Shown here: one piece after another, positions 53,177 through 64,000 of the stretch
Layout: the number at the start of each line of letters is the position of its first letter
How positions within the stretch are numbered: the stretch's first letter is position 1
From: Eledone cirrhosa
Lineage: Eukaryota
Direction: 5' to 3'
NCBI GenBank assembly: GCA_964016885.1
Contig: OZ024740.1
Coordinates: forward strand, 250,914,001 to 250,978,000
Length of the DNA stretch: 64,000 nt
Program-made: the position numbers and the translations under genes
The notes under the pieces: generated by a model
What the model saw: only the letters and a program-made list of their open reading frames with translations
The model's database searches: none
What the model was told of the DNA's origin: nothing

Positions 53177-53880
53177 AACTCTTTAGTGTTTAAAACGGCC
53201 AAAATTATTTCCCCTTTATTTGTTTAAACCGGCCAAAACACCCACACTAAAATATCGTTCTAAAAATAAACAATACCGCCATCAAAATCTCAATTCAAGA
53301 TTACTGCAACATTAGGCCTTTACCGACTTTGAAGGTTTTACACCTGATGACATTCAAAATGAACAAGAAACATAAGATAATATTAGTGATTTATCTTCAA
53401 ATCAATCAGATGTTTACATTTCTGAAATTTCATCCGACGATGATTGTTGTTTTGAAAGTGAAAGTGAAGGAGATCTCCAGGATGCCATTTAAAATATTAC
53501 ACCAACGCGGTTGAAAAATACCACCAATACATGTTCCCAATTTTATTCAAAATACTGGTCCACAACACACATTTCCTTCCGATGCTAAAACACTGGATTA
53601 TTTGTTTTTGCCACAAACTTTCTTCAAAGTTGTGGCAGAAGAGACTCATCGATATGCCCAACAACAGATTTCAAATTTATGGCAACTGACAGATGTTGCG
53701 GAAATGTAATAATTTTTTACTATAAATATGTTCGCTATAAAACAATTTCCAAGACTGTGGAATTACTGGAGCACTGATTTAGTGACCCTTATATATCAAG
53801 TATTATGCCGAAAACAAGGTATTTAAAATTAAACCAGTATTTGCACCTGGTTGATACTTCAAATGCCCCTGTTAATTAAT
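53177..53880 (+). mobile_element. piggyBac-like transposon 5' relic
   Basis: Acidic N-terminus (FEGF..SDDD), AEETHRYAQQ, WNYWST, IMPKTRYLKLNQYLHL. Confidence 0.7.
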
Positions 53881-54369
53881 TTCACCTGCCCATAAAAGTC
53901 AAATTAAAAAAAAAAAAATCAGGTAAACATATATAATTGTAAATTATTGATATTTAAATATCTGACAAAATTTCACGTAGAAAATTAAGAAAATTACAAA
54001 CAAATAAAATTGATAACGCTCTTGAAAATAATGTGAATATATAAACATGACATTTGATAAATTAATGTGAATGTTAACAACTTCACATGTGTTGAATACT
54101 TTTTTTTATATCAGTTATGTACAGGTATTGACCCTCTGGAAGCAGCCCAAATTTCCAGATACAAGCTAAATATATACTGATATTTTAAATGATGTAATCT
54201 TTCTAATGAAATAAACATAAGCATCACTTAATTTTGAAAATTTAAAGGATATATTGATAGCTAGGCTTTTCCTTATTTGGTTGATGTTTGAAACATTACT
54301 TATATACAATCCTTTTTTTAAGAAACATTACTTGTATACAATCCTTTTTTTAAGACGTACATGAAACTA

Positions 54370-55170
54370 TATTCTCTCCTTCAAAATATGACCCTTAGGA
54401 AGTCACACAGTGGTTCAAACATTTTTTCCATTTTGTTGTAGCAATACCAGAAGCCATTTTCTGTGGGTGTCCTTAGCTCAGTTACAAATTTTTGTACATT
54501 TTCTAGTCCCATAATGATAACACTTCAACTTCGGGAAGTGGTAGAAATCAGGGAGGATGCAGAAGAGTGGGAATGTTTTTCTTCACCAGAAATTCTCTTA
54601 TTGAAAATGTTGTGAGAAGGCGCAGTACCAAATCTCCTATAATGTTCTTCAGGACTTACTGGACTCATTTTCAAAGTCGTTCTAAGACATCTTTGTAGAA
54701 GGTACAATTAACTGTCTGTCCTGGAAATAAAAATTCTTTGTGAACAATACAACTGTCAAAAAAAATTGTTTTCACCCTAGATGAATGCCTGCTTTCTTCA
54801 AACAAGAAATTTTCATGTGCCACTCCCCACTTTGTCATTTTGTCTCTGAATCATACTCAAATACCCGATTCATCCGCTGTTATTACTTTATCTAAAACAT
54901 TTGGCTCAATTTTGAGTCTTTCTAGCAAATCCTGATAAATTTCCAACTGGTTTGCTTTTTGCTCTACAGACAAGTGCTTTGAACAAATTCTTCACCTGCT
55001 CAAATAGTCAGTTAAAGTTCCGTGAACTGCATTTTTATGCAAGCATCTTCCATCTTAATACTTAATCAATGATTTTTTGTCATCACTTCCTCATGTTGTT
55101 CATTTGTTGGCGAGATTGGCCTTCCAGAATGAGGTTCATTTTCAACATCTTCTTGGCCTTCTAAAATGTA
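54370..55170 (-). mobile_element. mariner-like transposase relic
   Basis: Minus strand KVITADES and C-terminal KWKKCLNHCV..GSYFEG. Confidence 0.65.
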
Positions 55171-56999
55171 CTCTACTCCTTGAATTTGTTTTTTTAATGC
55201 CTTCTCTAATCAGGTACTCTTGACTCACTTGTCTCCTCTCATCCACTACAGGCCTCACATTAACTACAACACCTAATCCTTTGTCTCCAGAATGGCGCCT
55301 CTATGGAGTGCCCTCCTTGTTCCTGTCTTTCTTACAAGACCCAATTGTACTAGCTTAAGTGGAACTATTCTTTCAGTCAATGTTTCTGGAACTACATTAA
55401 GTAGTCTTCCTTTTTTAAGACTGTAAGGAAGATTTTGACTACTATTACTAACAGGTCAAGCAACAACAAAGGCTCTCTCAGGGGCTAAATTGATGCATAG
55501 TTGACTTCCATGTCAACTTATGTTCAAAGGACCTCCCATCATTTTTATTTTCAACTAGTGTATCTAGAACTACATTATCTGATTTATCCTTTTTGCATTT
55601 TAAGACAGTGTTGGGGTAGATTTTAGCTGTTATTTCCAGGAAGTTAAGCAATCACAGAGGCTACGAGATTTAGATCAGGATGCCAAGCTTAACTGGACAT
55701 GAGAATTATAATTAGTCAAGATTAACAGCAACAGAAATTAATATTTTGACATGTTACACACATACAAATTGGATTGTTCAATGAATGTTGATATTTGTAG
55801 TACTTTCTTTTTTTATACAATAGCTGTACTATAAATTTATGTTTATCATGAAACAATAGCACTCCTTCTATAGCCAGCTGCCAAGGTAACTGAACAAATG
55901 TAATGTCTTGTTTGGAGTTCTGTTGTACTTCCCAGAATTACAGATCACTGATTAGCTTGGTCCAGACATACAGAAATAGGCTGGGCAGTGGTGAGAGTAC
56001 AATATGTCCAGACTATAACACTGCACTTCATATGTTAGCTAAATAGAGGTGTGGTATATCTGGAACAATAGCCAACTACCTGTGTGACAAAGGCCTGCTC
56101 GATTGGAGCTGACCTACAACTATAAAAGAGCTACTTTATAAAGAAAATAGGGACAGGAGATTTAAGATTAAGACAAGTTAAAAAAAAAACCATTAAATAA
56201 ATAAAAATCATTGAATTAAAAATAAAATATATATATATATATACAATCATTTAACACCAATTGATGCATTCCAATGTGCTAGAGCGCACCCCCAATTTCC
56301 ATAGAATCCAACAGATAAACAACACCTCTCCTTTTTACAGGAAACTAATCTATCACAAATGACATTTCCCTGTCATAAGTCAATGATAAACTAGTTGTGA
56401 ATTTGACAGCACTGCCACTGCATGCAGTTGTTAACAGTTACTACCTTGAAGAAGTCTATTTATAGCTAGATGGACTAGGCTTGATAGAGAGTTTAAAATG
56501 TCTTGGTCACAGACAATGCATCAAGAGCATTGGATATGAATTGCCAATGTCTTGGTTTACCGACTGAGTCATTTGTGACCCCACCCCTTTCTCAATACAC
56601 AAAAATAAAATTAAAAGGAGAGTAAGGAAAGAAGATACAATAGAAGTAAAACAGTTCAAAGTTTTATTGTTGTTATTATTTAGAGCGATAATCCAGATTT
56701 CACTTCTTCAGGATTAACTGGTATCTTGGTTTGGTAGAGGCATCAAATTTGGTCAGTTGAAATTTTAATCTCTGCTTCGAATCTAGAGAAAATAACAAAG
56801 AAAAACAGAAATATATTCCGCAAATAGGAAACAATTTCTTCCATTACCATCTAAAATGAGATGCAATGACATTCATTCTTTTTCCAAGCGCATTAGCATG
56901 CGGATTCTTAGCCAAAAGGGTACTACAATCTGAAGTCAAGTGGTCACCAAAACAAAACTATGTGTAGATATAGGTTTATGAGAGCTGTGTGCACAATGC

Positions 57000-57290
57000 A
57001 CAGAGATACTGTCAAGATTAAGCATGGAATGGAAAAAAGTTCAGTCACCCATCACTTCTACTGGCAACAAGGGGATTCTCACATTGTGAAGGGTGGATTT
57101 TATGATGCATGTATACAGAGAGCAATGCTGCTTAGTAGCAAAACATAGGCACTGAATGTAGAGGAAGTGTGAAGGCTGAAAAGAAATGTCCACCAAATGT
57201 TTATGAACAGGAGAGGAAAAAACTGGGTATAAGAAGAATCAAATGTACTGTGCAAAAGGGAAGACAGAGCTGGTAGAGAGATATGATGTG
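57000..57290 (+). mobile_element. Old RTE fragment
   Basis: KGGFYDACIQRAML resembles KGRLDDVCIRTTM at 45721. Confidence 0.55.
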
Positions 57291-57332
57291 TATAGAGCAC
57301 AGGATCTCAACCCATCAAAATAACGAAAATAA

Positions 57333-57537
57333 GGTGGCGAGCTGGTAGAATCGTTAGCACATCTGGCGAAATTCTTATATATTTGCGTTCTGAGTTCAAA
57401 TTCCTGTGATCTCAACTTTGCCTTTCATCCTTTTGGGGTCGATAAATTAAGTACCAGTTGTGTACTGGGATCGATGTAATCAACGGGACTCCAAACCCCA
57501 AATTTCATGTCTTGTGCCTATAGTAGAAATGATTATA
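57333..57537 (+). mobile_element. Full-length tRNA-derived SINE with Meta-like core
   Basis: A-box-like tggtagaatcg, B box gagttcaaattcc, core gcctttcatcctt..gtcgataaattaagtaccag, tail cttgtgcctatagtagaaa. Confidence 0.8.
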
Positions 57538-57757
57538 ACTGGTGAAAATCATCACCCACTGCCATATTTGGACCACTGTGCCTCTCCTCCAGGACGTAAT
57601 GGCCCTTTTGTGTCCTTGAGTTTTAGACCCCTCTCCTACACCCACACACACACATATATATATATATACACTTTACTTTTTTTCTGTCTCTGGACTATGC
57701 CCATGCTGGAGCATCACCTTGGTTAGTTATGGGGACGTCAACAAACCAACAAGCATT

Positions 57758-57821
57758 GGTGGGCAAACACAATTGGAGGGCAAACACAATTGGAGGGCAA
57801 ACACTTGGAGGGCAAACACAA
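57758..57821. repeat. About 17-bp minisatellite (ggagggcaaacacaatt) x4
   Basis: Seen directly. Confidence 0.9.
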
Positions 57822-58481
57822 ACGCAAAGACACACACAAACATATATACATATATACGATGGGCTTCTTTTAATTTTGGTCTATCAAATCCACTTGGTCG
57901 GCCCGGGCAGTGGGACTGAACCCGCAAACATGTGGTTGCGAAGCAAGCTTCTTGTCACACTGCGTATATATATATATCATGCACCAGGACTGAACAAAGT
58001 CTGATTCACCATCTTGGGTCCTATTCCCTTCTCAGACTCAACTCACCTCCCCAATTTCTCTAATACCCTGTCCATTATCACACCCCTAGATTGATTCCTA
58101 TCGCTTTCTCTTGATCATTAGCAGCTTCTCTTACTACTAATACATGCTGATACACACCCTTATATTAACATACTTTTGCTCATAGCTTCGTACTTACATG
58201 CACACACACTCTTTTACTTACATATACACACACATTTCTTCTTAGCTTTGTACGGACCTATAACACACACACAAACTCATGCTTACGCATGTGTTTCAGT
58301 ATAGCTCTTTTTACAAAACGTTTTTTTTCTCCATTTTTCTAAAAAACAAGTCATAACAAAACGCCAGCACCAACAGTTTTGCAAGAGATGTCAACATGAA
58401 TGGACCTGTTATTTTTATCTAAAGACATTTTTTCCAATTCCATCCCGCCTGTCCCCTCAATCTATTTTATTTCTCATTCTT

Positions 58482-58534
58482 TCTTCTGATTTTATTTCTC
58501 ATTCTTTCTCGGACTAGCGTCCGAAATGTTAAGA
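58482..58534 (+). ncRNA. Disrupted minimal hammerhead ribozyme of Penelope-like terminal-repeat type
   Basis: TCTT-CTGA..GGAC-TAGC-GTCC-GAAA-TGTT-AAGA; the core is broken by a 21-nt duplication. Confidence 0.5.
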
Positions 58535-59379
58535 CCCTCTTCCTGCTATATCAAGCGTTAACCTAATATATACCTTCCATATACTGTACCGATTGTGTTC
58601 TTATTTCTGTTTACCTTTTACTTACATATATCTATATGGTATTAAATTAACAATGAAAATAAAAACAACAAAGTCAAATTACTTTATAAATTTGTTGTTT
58701 TATTTTCATTGTTAATTTAATACCTAATATCTGACTCTGTATCTAAAGAATTAACTCAGCAAAACACAGAACTTCTCTATGGATTTCACTGGATTACATT
58801 GAGTTCTATCTACAGTACCAGAGGTAGAACACACTGAAAAAAGAAAAAAATATATGTGCATGGGTGTATTATATATATATAAATCTACATACATACATAT
58901 GTATATAGCTATACATTTATATATTTGTATATATGCATGCATTTATATTTAAGGATGTTGACATGGTTTATGTTTTTTTGGTAAGGAGAGAATTTTGTCT
59001 CCAGATTTTATTACCTAAGGAGATTAACTACCACAGCTTTTCAACCTCATCAAATGCCGTCGGCCTGTGTGTATGTATGTACGTATGCATGCGTGTGTAT
59101 GTTCGTATGTATAAGTATACACCCACACCTTTCATCACCATTGCTTCTTTTTCTTGTCATTTCTGTTGAAGTTGTTCTTGTAACTGTTGTCATAGTTGAC
59201 CTTGCCCTTATTTTCATTTTCTTTGATTTCTTTCATTTTTCTTTTATCTCCCGAGGGAATTCGTTGATAAGCTTCTTTTATTTATTTTACTCGTTTTCTT
59301 CATTCAAATGCATTCACACTGGCTGTCTCAGAGACGTACAAATATGGCTTATAAAATTTACCAAAGTAAAGAGCTTTCC

Positions 59380-59443
59380 AGCGCCCCCCTAGAGCTCCAA
59401 AACGCGCCCAGGGGGGCATATGCCCCCTGTTGAGAACCTTTGG
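59380..59443. mobile_element. Probable hAT/Charlie-like MITE terminus
   Basis: gggggcatatgccccc palindrome, then ttgagaacctttg and a gtatagag-type target; partner end not found. Confidence 0.4.
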
Positions 59444-60889
59444 TATAGAGGATGACATTTGAGTAGAGAATTGCCCGGAAATCGAAGAAGAAGGAAGCTA
59501 TGGAAGAGGAGGGCATAGGAAGTAGTGAAAACTGATCTAGATGACTGAAAACCTCAAAGGAGATAAAAGATCACAACAAAACACTCCAGAGTTTACAAGT
59601 ATTGAAAATCGGATGTGAAATATGAACATAAATATATTTGAATAGATCAATATCAAAAAGAAACCACCACTCATAAATAACACCAACCTCAATTGTAACG
59701 AATGAAACAACTAAAACAATAGCTCCATCAAGGGAGCTAATTATTTTGCAATGTCATGAGAAAAAGCCAAACACTACATATCTCAAATCAAAGCTAAAAA
59801 CTGGTATCAATCTCACTGACATAATACTCTCTACATGACAATCATTTTACCACTCACAGAACCAATACTGCTTTAGGCCAAGATAGTTAAATATCCAATT
59901 CACATAATTGATTAAGTTTGTGATGAATTGATGAAAAAATTAGAATTTTTCAGACTATTATTAATTTTTCAGACTCATCTATGGAGATGAAACATTTTCG
60001 AAAAAACAAGTCTCATTTTTGATATGCTGAAAAATTATCATGTCGTGCACTATTTATCTAAAAACCTTCCACCATAATTTTATGTTTGGCATTATGCAGT
60101 AATACTGAAGATCCAACTTCCCATGTGCACGGGTTGAAGCACACATCTAATATGTATGACTTTCACCTACCCCAATCCCCATTGTAAAGTGGTCATTTTG
60201 ATGCCATGATAAAAAGCACTCAGTTTACACTGTAAATGTGGTTGGCATTAGTAAGGAAATCCAGCCATAGAAACCAAGTCAGAAACAGTTTTGCATGAGC
60301 AAGACCTGACTTGTCTCAAATAGGACAACTCATCCAACCTATGTTAGCTTGGAAAAATGGATGTTAAACAGCTTAACAATGAGAAAGTTATATTACTAAA
60401 TCCCTCGAAAAACTATTAGGAATATGGTAATGAAAAGACATTCCAATGGTAGAAATATTACCAAGAATTGATTCATTTCTACCTACATTAGGACTACTCT
60501 TATATCTATTTCAATCAAGGAACATTACAGTTGTGACTTAATCCATTGCCTCATTAAACACCACTACCTCATCCTTGGTGCCATTGTCAGAGTCCAATCT
60601 GTTGCAAGGTCTTCAGCCTGAGATTAACTTCCTTCCTGACACCAGTATCAAAGACTGAAAAAAGGTCATAAGAACTGCCCTTCCCACCTGGACTAAGCCA
60701 TTAAAAAAATAGAATAATGAGTGAAGACACATGGAATATGTACTCTGGGGTAGACTTCCTAAGGCAAAAAAAAAATACAGGATGGTCATAGCTTGAATGG
60801 CTTTCATCATAGGACTGCAATTAATTTGGGGCTGTGAAATGGTCAAAACTGCTAATGGACTACTTTCATAAGCCGGCAACTATTTTCTG

Positions 60890-61160
60890 CTAGCACAAGA
60901 GGTTCCAGGAGGGCAGAGAGCAGGTGAGGGAGAAGAGGTGTGGCAGGGACATCAGGACACCAAAGTTGGTCAACAAAATTCGCAAATTTCTGAATGAGGA
61001 CTGTAATGCATCTCTTCTGACGATTGTTAAATAATTTGAAGTGGCTAAGGGCACTGTGCACAGAGTCAATCATGACGATCTGAACATATGCAAAATTTGT
61101 CCCCAGGGTGCTTAATGAAGATCAAAAGTAAAGGCAAATTGATGACAGCAGGGAGATGGA
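60890..61160 (+). mobile_element. mariner transposase N-terminal (HTH) relic
   Basis: RFQEGRE..LVNKIRKFLNED..GTVHRV.HDDL..PRVLNEDQK. Confidence 0.65.
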
Positions 61161-62312
61161 TAACTATGACATTATTTCTGGTAACCTATGACATTATTTG
61201 ACATTTGTTCTAGGTGAACTGAACTGTAAAGTTTTAGAATACCCAATTTAGTTACTCAGCACTTGTATACATCATCATCCTTTTTACACCCATTTTCCAT
61301 GCTGGATAAGGAACTTTAAGGTATAGTATTCTGCAAATAATTTCCTATTTGAATGTCAATTTTTTCTTTTTTATTGGGGTGGGGAGTATGGTATATATCA
61401 TTGATCTTCATCAAATTTAATCTACCAGGAAACAAAAATGCTTATATGAAGACATGTGAACACACATGCAATGGCCTTCATCCCAGTTTCTATTTACCAA
61501 ATTGTCAATGGTTGACCTGAGGCTATAGAAGATACTTGCCCAATATGCAGTGGGACAACATCTGAAGCTATGTGATTAACTACACATCCAAGTCTGCATT
61601 TATACAATACCCTCATTAGTTCTTCCATTACTAAACTTATACATTAAGCCTATCTTTCCTAAAACTACTATAGCTTTGATAATCTCAACCAAATTCCAAA
61701 CCCTGATTGACAAATCAATGAAACCTTTCTGGGGAGTCACTTGACCTACTAAAAATGACAGCTATTCAACCTCAAATCACATTTTACTGTCATTGTTTTT
61801 CCGTCCACTTTTCCATGTTTGTACAAGACTTTTTGAGGCAATATTCAATGGCTGGATGCCCATCCTGATGTCAACTCATGCATTTTTTTAAAGTGAGGTA
61901 GTGAGCTACACATGAACTTCTGAACTGTGGGACATTGTTTACCCAAAGCATAAACAACATCACTGCCATGCATATGATGTCAAATGTGAAGTGAAGACAC
62001 ACACTGTATGTAAGTGCATGTAAGTGTGTGTGTGTGTCTCTCAAATTCACAGGGCATTTGTTAAGCTGGGGTTATATTAGAAATCACTATGCAGTGAGAT
62101 CAAGCCTGAAAACATGTGGTATCAAAGTGAACCTAACCACACTTTTATGCTTGCACCTAACATACGAAAAACACAAATTAGATAATGTAATGTTTGATAA
62201 TGATAAAAAAGTTGGAATGCTTTTGAATATAGGTCTACTCAATCAATATTGGCTTGATGTTAACTACTATAATTCTAAGTTGTCTTTCCTCCTGTATTTT
62301 TTTATGCTTACA

Positions 62313-62620
62313 GAGGTGCATCGCATAGTGGTTAGGGAATTGGGTTCATGATCATAAGCCCATAAGTTCAGTTCCCAAAGTGGGAGTGTGTTGTGAACTT
62401 CATTTCATGTTGTTCCAGTCTACTCAAAAACTGAAAAATGACTCACAGCTGTAGTTGGGAATTAATAAGTATAATGAAGCGCATGGCTTAGTGGTTAGAG
62501 CATTTGGCTTGCAATCGAAAGGTTGTGAGTTCAATTCTCAGACTGGGTGATTTGTTGTTTCCTTGAGCAAGACACTTTATTTTACATTGCTCCAGTTTAC
62601 TCAGCTGTAGAAATGAGATG
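62313..62620 (+). mobile_element. Two tandem tRNA-derived CORE-like SINEs
   Basis: tggcttagtgg A box, gagttcaattct B box, ccttgagcaagacactt core. Confidence 0.65.
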
Positions 62621-62650
62621 ATAGGACTGAGGTCCCTATCATTCCACTGT

Positions 62651-62868
62651 GGAGGTGCCACGGCAAAAAAAAGCACCCAGCCCACACTGTAAAGTGGACA
62701 TGTAGGCGCCTCGGAAAAAAAGCACCCAGCTGTAGAAATCAAGCCAGAATCAGTTCCCGTATGAGCAAGACAAGGTCAGCCGTACACTGCCCACAACAGG
62801 ACAACCCATCTAACCCATGCTAGCGTGGAAGAACAGACGTAAAACAGGGATGATGATGATGATGATGA
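62651..62868 (+). mobile_element. RTE 3' UTR fragment with (GAT)n tail
   Basis: Matches 46240-46374 and the reverse complement of 37946-38206. Confidence 0.85.
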
Positions 62869-64000
62869 CTGTCTGGCGAGGGGGAATCTTGTACTCTTGA
62901 CTACTTAATATCACATAAAACTAGTATAAGTTTTGACTTGATGAACCTCGAAGATCAAAACTAACTTTCACTTTTATACTTACAGAAGGAGTTTTCTCCC
63001 AGCCGTGGCCGTTTGCTCTTATTGTTATACCAAGTCAACCAAGTGTTGATTACATTGCTTGCCCAACCTTCAGTCTGTAAACAAAAACAGCTATCTAATC
63101 CACCAGATACAGCTACAACTTCCTCCAAAATACACACTTTCATTGACAACAACTGGAGTTTGGTGTCATCTTCCTGTGAATAAAGAGAAATGGAGAGAGA
63201 TAGAGAGTAGTAGTGAAAATAGAACATACAAAGAAGACATAGCACTCTGAACCATCGAGTTGGACACTAACTGAATAAAAACCAGCTCAGACTGTAATTA
63301 CCGATGCCAGTATAGAAAGCTGGTCAAATGATAATGATAAAGGAAGCTGTAATAGAAGTAATTGTTGTTGTTTGGCTCTAGTCTAAGCCTAATTGATCTA
63401 TAATGTGACTTTCCTTATTTAAAGGCTGACAAGTCTGTGAATCATATGCTATTTCTCAACAACCAGTGTGAATCATATGCTATTTCTCAACAATTTTTGG
63501 TGGTTAAGTTGCTCAAAGTGTAAATAGCAACAATGGAAAAGATACAGTACATTACTGTAGGTAGTGGAAGATACATTATTACTGACAGTGCTAACTTGTC
63601 CAAATCCTTCCCTAGCCCCAAAAAACAGAAGACCAAAATTCTGCCTAAAGCTTTTTCAAGCTCCCTTCCACCTAGAAAGCTTGTATAAATTCTAGCATGC
63701 TGCATGGTTAACTGGTGCGGTGATGATGCATCCACACATGACAGTAAACAAAACATCCTAGCAAAATTTATGCGCTAAGGGGAAATAACACCTTCACGAG
63801 ACTAAAAAATTCAACTCGGTCATTCGATAAACTGAAATTGATAAAATGAGTGTATGAGTAAAATACTGAGGAGGAGGTTGATACAAAATATATTTTTATA
63901 TGTACACTGCCACGGTCCTTTTAAACAAAAAAATGAATCAGCCCCCGAAAAATCACATGCGACTGATTTATCTATCAAACATTACTCAGGACTTGAAATA

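Noticed and set aside
54290-54355. Short tandem duplications (also about 61160-61205 and 63437-63494)
   Set aside because: Ordinary slippage or repair duplications with no further structure.
59120-59340. Host exon in a purine-biased stretch; also a 51-codon ORF at about 63533-63688
   Set aside because: No recognisable domain or convincing splice-site pair.
62477-62545. tRNA gene
   Set aside because: A and B boxes run into a SINE core and there is no proper acceptor stem.

Overview
AT-rich animal genomic DNA made almost entirely of transposable elements; the SINE, RTE and microsatellite repertoire looks cephalopod/octopus-like to me, which is an inference. I found no host gene I can support. 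Bases 1-37,850 are one continuous array of non-LTR retrotransposons, mostly joined by (ATT)n tracts. Tx1-clade elements (gag-knuckle ORF1 plus APE-RT-CCHC ORF2; at least two families) lie on the + strand. R4/Dong-like elements (Myb-like N-terminus, RT, CCHC, restriction-like endonuclease; two families) lie on the - strand. Two unrelated endonuclease types therefore appear to share one microsatellite target with opposite polarity. The rest of the window holds a near full-length RTE with a PHD-like insert in its RT, a GC-rich CRE-clade fragment, a decayed Gypsy-like LTR element, Penelope-like, piggyBac, mariner and Tc1 relics, tRNA-derived SINEs, and several repair or template-switch scars. All element copies carry stops or frameshifts; some homopolymer frameshifts may be assembly errors. 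Coordinates were read by eye and are approximate to a few bases.
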